DNA of 32,000 nt, from contig JBBDWZ010000087.1 in NCBI GenBank assembly GCA_040902615.1, forward strand, positions 2,366 through 34,365, written 5' to 3'. The number at the start of each line of letters is the position of its first letter. The stretch's first letter is position 1. Under the pieces are notes generated by a model. That model worked only from the letters and a program-made list of their open reading frames with translations. It was not told where the DNA came from and did not search any database. Position numbers and translations under genes: made by a program. Of the stretch, positions 14,243 to 25,500 are shown piece after piece. Origin of the DNA: Gemmatimonadota bacterium. GTDB lineage: Bacteria > Gemmatimonadota > Gemmatimonadetes > Longimicrobiales > RSA9.

Positions 14243-15724
14243 CTATGCAAAGAGCCGCTTGACGTCCTGCTTGGTGACTTTGCCCATCACATTACGAGGC
14301 AACTCGTCAACCTGAAGCCAGCGCCGCGGCAGCTTGTAGGGCGCCAGGCGTTCAGCCAGCCACGCCTGCAGTTCCCGTTCATCCGTCTTGGAGCCGACAA
14401 TTGCAGCACAGACGCGCTCGCCCCATTCGGCGTCTTCAATGCCGACCACCGCACAGTCGTGCACGTCCGGGTGGGTGCGCAGTACCTCTTCGATCTCGAG
14501 AGCGGAGATCTTGTACCCACCGGTCTTGATGATGTCGATGTTGCTGCGGCCGAGAATGCGGTAGTAGCCGTTCTCGATCACGGCGACGTCGCCGGTACGA
14601 AACCAGCGCCCGTCGGAGAACCCGAGGCGGGTGGCTTCTGGGCGCTCCCAATACTCCGTGAACACGCCCGCTCCGCGTACCTGGATCATTCCGGGTGTTC
14701 CTTCCTCGAGCACGATACCGTCCTCCCCGAGCAGCCGCACCTCCACGCCGGGCAGGGGTTGTCCGACCGTGCCTGGGCGTCGTTCTCCATACAGCGGGTT
14801 GGACAACGCCATACCAATCTCGGTCATGCCGTAGCGCTCGAGTAATGCCTGGCCGCTGATCTCCTGCCAGCGCGCAAAGGTGCTGACCGGCAGTGCCGCG
14901 GATCCGGAGACCATCAGGCGAAGTGGTCGCAGGCATTCCCGCATTTGGCGTTGCAGCCCTTCGGGCGCGCTGTCGTAGGCCGCGATCAGTTTCACGTAGA
15001 TCGTGGGCACCGCCATGAACAGTGTGAGCCCACCGGCCAGCAAACGATCCCAGACGCGCAGCGCATCGAAGCTGTGCGGCATTTCGCAGACGGCGCCGCT
15101 CCATAGTGCACACAGCAGCACATTCACGATGCCATGGGTGTGGTGCAGCGGCAGGACGTGCAGTATGCGATCGTCGGAGCGCCATTCCCAGGCTTCGAAC
15201 AGTGATTCTACCTGAGCGCGCAGATTGTCATGCGTGGTGATCACGCCCTTCGGGCGATCGGTCGTGCCGCTGGTATAGAGGATCATTGCACGCCGCGTCG
15301 AATCAATGGCTGGCAAATCGATCGCTACGGATTGCAGTGCGTCTGTGGTAGTCAGCAGCCTGGCGTGCCGCGCGCGTGCCAGCGGTTCCAGGCGCTCACG
15401 ATTGGCATCATCGACGATGATGAATTGGGCGTGCGTGTCAGCCAGGACATAATCCAGCTCGGGGGCCGGGTGCGAGAGACAAAGCGGAACCGCTATGCCG
15501 CCGGCGCGCCAGATGCCCCATTGCACGGCCGCATACTCGAAGCCGGGTGACACCATGAATGCAACCGGCGCTTCGAGAAGATCCTGGTGAGCGCGTCCGG
15601 TCAGCGCGGCGGCGTTATGGTGAGATGCCGTGAGCAACGCATCGTAGGTATGTTCACCTCGAGCATCGACGATTGCGACCCGGGAAGAATGGCGGCGGGC
15701 GCGTTCGATCAGCTCGATGCTCAT
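14243..15724 (-). CDS. AMP-forming acyl-CoA synthetase (ANL family; MatB/ACSF3-like by eye)
   Basis: The AMP-binding motif is ILYTSGTTDRPKGV, with TGD and the C-terminal GKVxK. The ATG directly abuts the TGA of the upstream CoxM-like gene. Confidence 0.85.
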   Translation of the reverse strand: MSIELIERARRHSSRVAIVDARGEHTYDALLTASHHNAAALTGRAHQDLLEAPVAFMVSPGFEYAAVQWGIWRAGGIAVPLCLSHPAPELDYVLADTHAQFIIVDDANRERLEPLARARHARLLTTTDALQSVAIDLPAIDSTRRAMILYTSGTTDRPKGVITTHDNLRAQVESLFEAWEWRSDDRILHVLPLHHTHGIVNVLLCALWSGAVCEMPHSFDALRVWDRLLAGGLTLFMAVPTIYVKLIAAYDSAPEGLQRQMRECLRPLRLMVSGSAALPVSTFARWQEISGQALLERYGMTEIGMALSNPLYGERRPGTVGQPLPGVEVRLLGEDGIVLEEGTPGMIQVRGAGVFTEYWERPEATRLGFSDGRWFRTGDVAVIENGYYRILGRSNIDIIKTGGYKISALEIEEVLRTHPDVHDCAVVGIEDAEWGERVCAAIVGSKTDERELQAWLAERLAPYKLPRRWLQVDELPRNVMGKVTKQDVKRLFA

Positions 15725-16591
15725 TCAGGCTGCTGCGTGAGCGAATGCAGCGCGCAACACTCGCTCGGTCAGAACCCGGCCGAGGTGTCGACGGAAATCG
15801 GCGCTGGCGTGGACGTCGGTGGGCGGGCGCAGATCACCGAGGGCGGTGTCCACTGCGGCACTGAACAATGCTGGCGTCGGCCGCTCGCCAAGCAGCACGG
15901 CCTCCGCTTTGGTCGAGCGTAACGGTCCCGGTCCCGCGTTTACGTAGGCGATGCGCGCATGCCGGCAGATACCACCGGCATCGAGTGCAACCACGGCACC
16001 GACCGCCAGCAGGGCGTAGTCTCCATGGCGGCGGGCCACTTCCTCGAAGGCGGTGCCGCTGCGTGCTGGCAGGGCAGGGAGTTCGATTTCGACCAGCAGC
16101 TCATCGACCGCAAGTGCAGTGGTGAACAGGCCGGTATAAAAGCCGGTCGCCTCCAGCCAGCGTTCGGCAGATCCCCGGCGCAGCCGCAGGCGCGCGTCGA
16201 GCGCCAGCATCATTGCAGGCAGTTCCGCCGCGGGATCGGCGTGCGCAAGACTGCCACCGATCGTGCCGCGATTCCGGATTTGCGGATGGGCGACGTGCGG
16301 AAGGGCCTGCACCAGCAACGGTGCTTTCAGCTTGACCTGCGCGTCGCGCTCGACTGCGCGCTGCCTCGTCATTGCGCCAATGCGCACCGTACCATTGGCC
16401 GCCATGCCCGAGAGCGCTGTTATGCGGTTGAGGTCGACCAGCACGGCGGGACGCGCCAGCCGAAAGTTCATCACGGGGACCAGACTTTGCCCGCCGGCCA
16501 GCACTTTGGCCTCATCACCGTATTGCGTGAGCGCGGCCAAGGCTTCCTCGACCGTTTCCGGCGCAATGTAGTGAAAGGCGGTCGGCTTCAC
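15725..16591 (-). CDS. FAD-binding medium subunit of a xanthine-oxidase-family molybdenum hydroxylase (CoxM/CutM-like)
   Basis: The FAD_binding_5 pattern is AKVLAGGQSLVPVMNFRLARPAVLVDLNRI, followed by GTIGGSLAHADP. The GTG start overlaps the large-subunit stop (GTGA). Confidence 0.9.
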   Translation of the reverse strand: MKPTAFHYIAPETVEEALAALTQYGDEAKVLAGGQSLVPVMNFRLARPAVLVDLNRITALSGMAANGTVRIGAMTRQRAVERDAQVKLKAPLLVQALPHVAHPQIRNRGTIGGSLAHADPAAELPAMMLALDARLRLRRGSAERWLEATGFYTGLFTTALAVDELLVEIELPALPARSGTAFEEVARRHGDYALLAVGAVVALDAGGICRHARIAYVNAGPGPLRSTKAEAVLLGERPTPALFSAAVDTALGDLRPPTDVHASADFRRHLGRVLTERVLRAAFAHAAA

Positions 16592-18972
16592 GGGTTCATG
16601 CTTCTCGCGGTTGCAGGAACGCGCTCAACCGGAGCCCTGGCCCGCGCTTCCTGGATCAGCTCGAACAAGCGGCCGGGACCGAGCGGCATTTCCAGGATCT
16701 CGACCACGTCGTGGCCAAGTGCATTCTCGATGGCCTGGGCGAACAAGGCACCGACCGGAATCGCGCCGGCTTCGCCCACCCCTTTGATGCCCAGCGGATT
16801 GAGAGGCGATGGCGTCTCGACATGTGCGACCTCGATGTCGGGCACATCCAGCGCCGTGGGCAGCAGGTAGTCCATGAAGGAAGCCGTGAGCAGCTGACCG
16901 TTTTCGTCGTAGACCAGTTTTTCATAGAAGGCATTGCCGATGCCGTGGGCTACGCCCCCATGAATCTGGCCGTCCACAATCAACGGATTGATGACATGAC
17001 CGCAATCGTGCACCACGACGTACCGCTTCACATCGACCAGCGCGGTCTCGACATCCACTTCGACGATCATCGCATGCACGCCGCTCGCGGTACAGCCGCG
17101 GGAAGGCCCGAAATACGCGGTCGCTTCCAGACCGGGTTCGGTGCCGGGTTGTACCGCGCCCCGCAGCGGATTGGCGCGGGCGGCCAGCTCGCCCAGTGTT
17201 AGCGAGCGATCCGGTGTGCCATGCACGCTCACCCGGCCTTCAGCCAAATCGATCTGTTCGGGGATCACGTCAAAGAATTGCGCCGCCAGCTTGAGGATCT
17301 TTTCACGGACCAGTAATGCGGCAGCATGAAAGGCGTTGCCGGCGACCACGGCACCGCGGCTCGCAAACGTGCCCGTGCCCCAGCCAAACACGCCGGTATC
17401 ACCGGTCACCACGCGCACATCGGTGACACCAACGCCAACCTGGTCGGCTACGATCTGCGCAAAACTCGTGAAGTGACCCTGCCCCTGTGTGCCGACTCCG
17501 GTGGCCGCTGTCACTTTGCCATCGGTTTCAACGGTTACGCGCGCGCCTTCATACGGACCGATGCCTGTGCCTTCGACATAGGAAACGATGCCGATGCCAC
17601 GGCGCTTCGCGCTGGGCGCCGCAACTCGATTCTCCTGCACAAACGCGTCGTAACCAATCATCTCCGCCGCACGGTCCAGCGCTTCCGCGTAATTGCCGCT
17701 GTCGTAAACCAGCGGCGCGCTGTCCTGATAGAGGATCTTGTGGTCGTGCGGAAAGTCGGACGGATCGATGTAATTGCGCCGGCGGATCTCCACTGGTGAG
17801 AGGCCGAGCTCACGGGCCGCGATGTCCAGCAGCCGCTCCATCACGAACACGCCGTGCTGGCGGCCGGCGCCCCGGACCGGTGTCACGATGGTCTTATTGG
17901 TGAAGGCTGCGGTGAATTCGCTCTCGTAGTTGGGTACGTCATACGGCCCGAGCAGTGTGCACTGGCTGTTGATCGGGATGGTCAGCCCGTAAGGGTCGTA
18001 AGCACCGCCATCATGAATGAACCGATCGCGCACACCGAGGATGCGGCCGTTCTCGGCGACGGCCAGTTCCGCATCGTGGATCTGCTCCCGCTCCTGGGTC
18101 GTGGCAAAGAAGCTCTCCGAGCGATCCTCGGTCCATTTCACCGGCCGGCCGAGCTGCATCGCCAGCCACGGCACCAGCACTTCCTCCTGATAAAACATCA
18201 TGATCTTGGGGCCGAAGCCACCGCCGATGAAGGGCGCGATGACGCGCACCTGTGATTCGGAAAGGCCGAGCAGGCGCGCCAGGCCATTACGAATCGGAAT
18301 CGGCGCCTGAGTCGTATCCCATATGGTCAGCTCGTGCTGGCGCGCCTGCCATTCGGCCACGATGGCGCGCGTCTCCATGGCCGCGGAAGCTCCGCGATCG
18401 TACCGGAAGTTGCGGCTGATCAGCAGTGCAGCGTCACGACGGGCGGCCTCGTAATCGCCTTTCCGCTGTTTGACGTGAGCGGCGAGGTTGGACTCGAGAT
18501 CGTCGTGGATGCGCGGCGCATCGGTGGCGAGCGCAGCCTTCAGATCCACGACCGGTGGCAAGGAATCGTAGTCGACAAAAACTTCTTCCGCGGCATCCTC
18601 GGCCAGGTAGCGGCTCTCGGCCACCACCACCGCGATGGGCTCGCCGACGTAACGAACTTTCTCGCGGGCCAGCATCGGCTGGGTGCGCGCGTGGAAAACG
18701 TGTCCCTCGATCGGCGGTGGTGGCACCAGCAGCGGACCGTGCTGCCAATAGCTGCCGAGATCATCCGCCGCAAACACGCCGACGACACCGGGTTTCCGTC
18801 TTGCCGTGCGCGTGTCAATGCCCAGGATGCGCGCGTGAGCGATCGGACTTCGGACGAACGCTGCGTGCAGCAGCCCCGGCAGTTGCACATCGTCGACAAA
18901 CAGCGCGCCGCCGGTCAGCAGCCGCGGATCTTCGTTACGGCGAACGCGCTGGCCAAACCAGGGCGTACTCAT
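16588..18972 (-). CDS. Molybdopterin-binding large subunit (CoxL form-II-like / aldehyde oxidase-xanthine dehydrogenase family)
   Basis: The N-terminus is RRNEDPRLLTG, the active-site loop TPVRGAGRQ and the C-terminal catalytic Glu motif KGVGEAGAIP. I chose ATG 18972 (MSTPWFG) because it overlaps the CoxS-like stop in ATGA. The track start at 19035 would overlap that gene by 67 nt. Confidence 0.9.
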   Translation of the reverse strand: MSTPWFGQRVRRNEDPRLLTGGALFVDDVQLPGLLHAAFVRSPIAHARILGIDTRTARRKPGVVGVFAADDLGSYWQHGPLLVPPPPIEGHVFHARTQPMLAREKVRYVGEPIAVVVAESRYLAEDAAEEVFVDYDSLPPVVDLKAALATDAPRIHDDLESNLAAHVKQRKGDYEAARRDAALLISRNFRYDRGASAAMETRAIVAEWQARQHELTIWDTTQAPIPIRNGLARLLGLSESQVRVIAPFIGGGFGPKIMMFYQEEVLVPWLAMQLGRPVKWTEDRSESFFATTQEREQIHDAELAVAENGRILGVRDRFIHDGGAYDPYGLTIPINSQCTLLGPYDVPNYESEFTAAFTNKTIVTPVRGAGRQHGVFVMERLLDIAARELGLSPVEIRRRNYIDPSDFPHDHKILYQDSAPLVYDSGNYAEALDRAAEMIGYDAFVQENRVAAPSAKRRGIGIVSYVEGTGIGPYEGARVTVETDGKVTAATGVGTQGQGHFTSFAQIVADQVGVGVTDVRVVTGDTGVFGWGTGTFASRGAVVAGNAFHAAALLVREKILKLAAQFFDVIPEQIDLAEGRVSVHGTPDRSLTLGELAARANPLRGAVQPGTEPGLEATAYFGPSRGCTASGVHAMIVEVDVETALVDVKRYVVVHDCGHVINPLIVDGQIHGGVAHGIGNAFYEKLVYDENGQLLTASFMDYLLPTALDVPDIEVAHVETPSPLNPLGIKGVGEAGAIPVGALFAQAIENALGHDVVEILEMPLGPGRLFELIQEARARAPVERVPATARSMNP

Positions 18973-19448
18973 GTCCGTGCCGCCGAAGCCAGCATCACCG
19001 CATCGACGATGTGCTGATAGCCCGTGCACCGGCAAAGATTCCCGGAAATTGCCTCGCGAATCTGGCTGCGGGTCGGCGCTGGATTCTCATCCAGGAACGC
19101 TACCAGTGTCATCAGCAAGCCCGGTGTACAGAAGCCGCATTGCAGCGCGTGCGCCTCGCGAAACGCAACTTGCAGTGGGTGCAGCTCGGCTTCACCACCG
19201 GGCGCGAGCCCTTCAACGGTTTGAATGTTGTGCCCCGATGCCTGGACCGAGAACAACAGGCAGGAACGTACCGGTTCACCATCCAGCAGTATCGTGCACG
19301 CGCCACAAACGCCGTGCTCACAGCCGACATGCGTACCGGTGAGCCCAAGCTCAGCGCGCAGGAAATCACTGAGCAGGAGTCGTGGCTCGACCGCGCGTTC
19401 GTACTGCACGCCGTTTACATGAAGGGTCACGCTGACCGTTTGCGCCAC
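18969..19448 (-). CDS. [2Fe-2S]-binding small subunit (CoxS/CutS-like)
   Basis: The plant-type ferredoxin cluster motif is CEHGVCGACT and the second cluster is CGFCTPG...CRCTGY. The GTG start follows AAGGAG. Confidence 0.9.
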   Translation of the reverse strand: MAQTVSVTLHVNGVQYERAVEPRLLLSDFLRAELGLTGTHVGCEHGVCGACTILLDGEPVRSCLLFSVQASGHNIQTVEGLAPGGEAELHPLQVAFREAHALQCGFCTPGLLMTLVAFLDENPAPTRSQIREAISGNLCRCTGYQHIVDAVMLASAART

Positions 19449-19508
19449 GTGTCTCCTTGCGGGGAGTTACGCGCAAGTTGGCCGCGGGTCGAAAGAGTGG
19501 CAAGGCGC

Positions 19509-22500
19509 TCAGCGCCGTGGGATCGCGCGCGAGCTGGCCTCCACGATGAGCCGTCCGGCCGTGCCGCGACCGAGGGTTTCCGGCGCGTACATCTCCTCCG
19601 CCCGCGGCGCAGGCGCCGCAAAGTCTCCAGGTGTGGTGGCCAGAGTCAGGTAGGAGAGCTCGCGTTTGCCGGGCAGCAGAAGCGTCTTGAATGCTTCGAA
19701 ACGATCCGCCTTGATGTTCACGTGCTCAGCGGAAAACCAGACGCGTTCACCAACGTCGGCGGGCGGTCGTGCGCCGGGAACAAGGAGTCCCTCATTGCCG
19801 GCCAGCGCGGAATTGACCGGTTCCAGGCCGGCCGGAAGCGCGTCCACGACCGCGACGTGATAGCGTGGTCCAACGGCGGCGATCGTAAGCCGGACTCGCA
19901 CCCGCGCACCCGTACGAACCCGCCAGGTGCCGTCTGCATCGCGGCGGACGTCGTCCGGATCATCCACCGCCTCGTAAATACGCTCGACACTGAATCCCCG
20001 CGAAAGAGCGGGTGCGGGAGCCGCAGAGCTGTATTTGAGACCCACGCGATAATACAGACGGCCCGCACCTTCACGTGCCAACACGAGATTCATTGTGCTG
20101 CCCGGGCGGCCCAGGCTGTCGGCTGGAATAGAGAATTCCGCCCGTTCATTGCTCCGACCACGGAACGATTGCTCACCCGCGAGTCGGGAGCCGGCCCAGG
20201 CCCTTGCGATCAGGTTCGGCTCGGTCGCTTCCGAGTCATGCAGGTAACCGGTCAACGCAGCGACGGCGTAGGCATTCTCGAGGCTGTTCGACCAGCGACC
20301 TTTAACGCGGTGCGCCATCAGTCCCCTTGCAAGCGCAGCCGTCAAATCTGGCAGCGCTCCAACCTCCAGCAACGCCGACAACACGATTGCGTCGGTGCGC
20401 CGCGCAGAGTAGAGGACGTCCCGGCCACCGGCATCGTAAGGTGACACCAGAGCTGCGGTACCGGCTGAACGCACAACGCGCGAATCGAGCTCGCGCAATA
20501 CGTCGGCGGCGTCAGCGGAGAACTCAGGTTTGGTTGACAGCGCGGGCAGCAGCCACGCCAACGCCTCTGCCGGTAACGCGCCGGCGCCAACCTCGCGCAA
20601 CAGCGCCGCGGCCGAGGCCGAGACATCCTGTCCGAGTTTGCGCCGCACATCCAGTGCGTACGCTTGCATCGCACGTCGCGCCTGCTCGGGATAATTGATC
20701 GGAAACACGCGTTGATTCGGCGCTCGCCGGAAACGGCGGAGCGTGTCGGACCCATGCTCGTCAAGCCGCTCGAGCCACTGCGTCGCCGCGGTGATGGTTC
20801 GATCGGGCACCTTCACGCCGGCCGCACGCGCGCGCTGGAGCGCATTCACGGCATGAATGCTCACGAACGGGTCCGCATCGAAGCGCGCCGTCCAGAGCGA
20901 CCAGCCACCATCCATCAGTTGCAGTCTTGAAAGACGGGTAACGTCGGTGCGAAGAGCGCCGTCGATGATGTCGCGCATCACCGGCGCTGCGATCGGGCTC
21001 TCACGAAGCGAGCTCAGCGCGAGCAGGCGCGAGGCCCAGATCTCGGGCAGATCGAAGTAGCAATCGAGCAGGAAAAGAATGGCATCGCCAAGACCGTGAA
21101 CGGCAGTGTTCGAGAAACCCAGCTCGACCCTGGTCTGACCGGGAATCCCGTCCGGAAGACGCAATGGGTAGCCGACCGGCCGCGCGTCATCCAACTCGCC
21201 GTAAACGGCAAACGCTTCGGTGACAGCCGGCAGCAGTACGGGCACGGTGACTTCAGCCGCATCCGAAAGATTGAGCCGGGAATCGACCGCGGTGGCCGCT
21301 ATCTGAAAGCGCGCACTGCCGGTCTCGCTCGCTTCGGCAGGAAATCGAACCTCGAGACGATCGCGGGCCGGAACGGACACTCGCTTGCCGGCGGGATGGT
21401 TCACGGTCGCATTGAGCGCGCGCACAGCGAGGTCTACGAGCAGCGCGGAATCCGCGCGGTTCTCGAGCACGACCGCCAACTCGAAGCGGTCGCCGCGGTG
21501 CAGGAAGCGCGGCGGTTTCAGCCGCGCCATCAACAGCAGTCGTGCCGTCAGCGAGCTTTCGCCTACGCCGAAGCGGCGGCTTCCCTCGGCAACCACGGCG
21601 CGCAACCGGTAACGCGTCAGGTTATCCGGCAGCTTGATTGGAATTGCGGCCGTTCCGTCAGCGCCGGTGCGCGCATCGGCGACGAACGCCGCGACCGGCG
21701 AGAAATCGGTGCGCAGCAACGGGCGATCAGCGGTTCTGGTTTGTATCGCCTCCCCGCTGAAGTCACGCTCGGCTGGCGGTGGTGCTGCCGGCGCTGGCAC
21801 CACTGCCACGGACTCGGCACGGCTTGCTGCTGTAACCGTCAGCTCGCTCAACTGGAGTGCCTGGGCATCCTGGAAAGCAGGCGCAGCCAACTGCGCCCTG
21901 CGTGCGCGATCGCCTGCGAGCACTGCGTTGCGGGTCCACAGGACGAAGTGCGCGCGCGCGTGATTTCGGTCGACCTGGATGTCGGATACGTAACCAGTGA
22001 CGTAGGCGGGCGCGCGTGCCTCGAGCAGGTGAGCACCTGCATCGACATCATCGATGCGATACCGCCCATTCGCAGCCGTCCACCCTCCCTGAACCCGGTC
22101 CTTGTTACCCGCAAGCTGGACCCAGGCGCGTGATACCGGCTCGCCGGTCACACCATCGATCACGACGCCGGTCACGAAACCCCTGCCTCGCGCTGTGCTT
22201 CGTGCCGACACACTTCCAGTGGTTGCGAGGTGGCTGCGCAGACTGCGATCGATGACGCCCGGAGCGGAACGGCGGTAGAAATCCTGGATGGGATCATTGA
22301 TCGCACGACGACTCAGCGCATAAAGCGCCTCGTCGACTCCGCTCAGAACCACGCTCGCATTCGGCACCGGCCGTCCGGCCTGATCGGTTACCCGGACGGT
22401 CACCGTGGCTGGTGCGCCGGGCGCAACTACCGCCGCGCTGGGCGTGACGCTCACCTGCAACGTTCGAGCTCGTGGAGAAACAGCCAGTTGCGTAATGCCG

Positions 22501-25500
22501 CTGACGAGAACTCCATCCGCGGTCGCCGACGCGGCGTACAGCTGCAGGTTGGGCACGTGCGCATCGACGATCGGCAGCCGGACTACGGCAACGCCATTTT
22601 CGAAGCGGAAAGGCTGCGTACCGAGTACGCCAGCACGCCTCACGCTGAGTACCGCGTCCGTTGTCGGAAACGTCGCCTGGATCAGCAGGACGGCGGTGTC
22701 GCCCACTGCGTACTCCACACGCTGCGCAACAATGCTCAGTGAATCGGCAGCCGCACGCGCTGTCGATGCGATGGCGTCTCCGGCCACACGCACGGCCAGC
22801 TCACTCATATTGTGACGACCGCCGGCGTCTTCGACTACAGCAACCACCAGGTAGTCTCCGTTCGGCAGATCGGAGAACTTGCACGGAACGGCGCTGAGAG
22901 CCGATCGCAGCGAACAGCCACCCTTGATACTCTCGTGGATGTCCAGGACTCCTTGATCGAACCGGCGATCCTGCCGCACAGCCCGCACGGATACAGTGCG
23001 GCCAGCGGTCGGCTTGCCATCGATATCGACGACGAGCACATCGACGCCCAGCGTCTCACCGCCGCGGATGAAGCGTCCATTGCTCCGCAGACCGACGTAA
23101 ACGTCAGCCGGATGGATGACTACACTGCTCGACGTGCTGCGGCGCTGACGGTCGACATCGGTGACGGTCGCCTCGGTGCGCAGCACCATCGGGAGATCAG
23201 GTACTACGGAATCGGCGTGAATCAAAATCCGGTGCGCGCCGGTTTCTCCCGTTCGGCCAGTGTGTGTGACCGGAGGAAACACTTGCGCGCGCGGGTAGCG
23301 CTGCCAGCCGAAGAAGAAATCGGGTTGCCCCGGTGGCTGGTAACGGCCAGGAGAGGACCAGACGCGCCAGCTTACTTCTGCATTGGGCAACGCGCCGCCA
23401 CTGAAATAGCGGGCCTGAAGTGCGGCTTCCAGACTGTCACCCGACACGTGTGGTCCGGGATCGATCTGAATTGCGAGCTCCATGTCGGGCCGGCGTACTT
23501 CCTGAATCTGGAGCGAGAAGTACCCGCCCATCTGTGGGCTGCGTTCCGGCTCATGCAGCGTGAGCCCTACAGAGGCGAACCCGGAATTGAGCTCGACCGG
23601 AAGCAGGATCGCTCCCTCGATCCGTCCACCCGGCAGAATCGGCAGAACGCCACTGACCAGGACTTGCCCCCGCGCGTCGCGGGCGGCGTAAGCGACGGTG
23701 GCGCCGGCCGCGGGATCGGACAATTCGTGACCGACACCATCGGCGCGGCGTAACCAGCCGGTAAAACGCGCGGTGTCCCCCGGCGAGTGAATTGGCCGGT
23801 CGGTCACAATGTGTGTGCGCAACGTCGGGTTCCACTCCCACGGTGGGCAGCACCATGATTGTCCTGGCATAACATTCGAAAACAACTGCGTTCTACCTTC
23901 GTGCGTTGCGTGCAGCGCCCAGAACCATTTGCGCACGTCCTGCGTCACCATCAGCTTGGCCAATCCATTGGCGTCGGTGCTCGCGGAACGGAGACGCGTC
24001 AGTGGTCGACCGTATTCGGCTCCGCCCAGCAGCTCGAGCGCAACACCGGGCAACGGACGTCCCGTAACAGATGAGGTCGCCCGCACGGTGAGCGCTTCCA
24101 CATCCGCTGCGACGTCGAGCAGAACCTCGCCGCGCTCGATCCAGGTCAGCGCAGGAGCGTACCCGCGTGCGCCGCTCGCTGTATCGAGCGCAGCTACCGG
24201 TGTCGCCGAGAGCACAACGCGATCCGATTCCGCAAGCGCTCGCTTTAGATCCACGAGCGCTTCTCCGGTTCCCGCTTCGGTCGGGATGACGGGCAACACA
24301 GCGGAAAACAAAAGCCGCCCCGGCAGTCTACTGTCCTGCGTTCGAGCGGGTCGCGTGGGTTGTCTGCTGAACATCTGGTAGGCCGGCCAGTCCTCCAGCT
24401 GCACCGCGCGCACCTGCACGCGCACAGAATCCGTTCCTTCGGCCAGCACCGTATAGACTGGTGGCGAATTACTCGGGATCAACGCCAACCCACCACCAGG
24501 AGTCCAGGCCGATGCAGCCGGCCGACCGACCGCAAAACGCAATGGTGGTGTGATACCGAGCATATCTCCAGACCAGGTTGCGATGGCGGGATTGAGGCGA
24601 ACCGTATAGGTCGTGTTTTCGGCCGGGTCACCAATCACTACGATGTGATTTTGCCAGATTTCGATCGTTGCACCCGGCAAGGCAGGCTCCACGCTGACCC
24701 AGCTGCCCAGATCGGGTGGCATCCGTAGCGGGTGATTGAACCGAATGGTCCAGGGCAGGCCAGGAGTACAGGTTTGCGCCCGGCCGCACCCCTGGTCGAC
24801 GATTTGAAGGCCGTTACGCACGAGGAAGGAATGAACGGTCTCGGTGGTTGTCCGCCGCGCACCTTCGAGCGAGGGCAGGCCGGCCGCTACCCGTAAGGTC
24901 GCTTTTGATTCGACCTGTGCAGTCTTACCGGGCAACGGTTCCAGCGCACGCACCGCCACGATGCGGCCGGGTGCGGCGGGCAGGCGCCAGCGCACGGCGG
25001 GCATTTGGAGCTCTGCGTCGCCGGCGAGTTGCAGCGGGATCGAAACGCTGTCGACTTCGAGCCGCAGGAAGGGGAGTGTCGCAACCGGATCCACGCCCTG
25101 GTCGAAGACGACCGCGATGATCGGCCGCGACATGCTGGGCGCCTCTATTGAGACGACGTCGCGCACAGCTGCAGGTGCAGTCGAAAAAGTCCAGCGCAGC
25201 GGATTGCTCAGCACAGCACCGTCGGCAGACCTGATTCCAGCCGGCACATCGACCGTGTAATGCGTTGCGCCGGGCAGCTGTTCGGTCGCTTCGTAGACGA
25301 GCGTATGTGGGTCCAGCCACCGCCATGCACCGCCGCCCGCCGGTTGAAGCCGGACGCCGGGCGGCACGAATTCGAGTGCCGACAGCGACACCATCGGCCG
25401 CGAAAATGTGACCGATACCTGCGATGCCTTTGCGATTTCATTCCGTGGCGCTGTGCGGATCACTCGGAGCGGTTCGCGGGACACTGCTGGCGCAGAGACC

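Noticed and set aside
18973-19035. Longer starts from the ORF track: CoxL-like at 19035, A2M at 25955, XdhC at 8503, TerS candidate at 3640
   Set aside because: In each case a downstream start fits better. Reasons are an ATGA coupling (18972), a properly spaced SD (25919, 3646/3649), or a typical family N-terminus together with a conflict with the predicted -10 element (8566). The longer starts remain possible.
16588-19448. Annotating the S-L-M genes as aerobic carbon monoxide dehydrogenase
   Set aside because: The active-site loop is RGAGR rather than the CSFR-containing form I signature. The gene order is S-L-M, and no coxD/E/F genes are present in the window. The substrate is left open.
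18555-20444. 629-aa + strand ORF, and many other long ORFs antisense to called genes (e.g. 1806-2759, 3337-4188, 6063-7025, 7025-7945, 7140-7952, 12001-12768, 14015-14845, 15959-16870, 21096-22133, 22812-23753)
   Set aside because: These are typical high-GC shadow ORFs. Their translations are Arg/Pro/Ala/Gly-rich and low in complexity, with no motifs. Each lies opposite a gene with clear family signatures and better codon periodicity.
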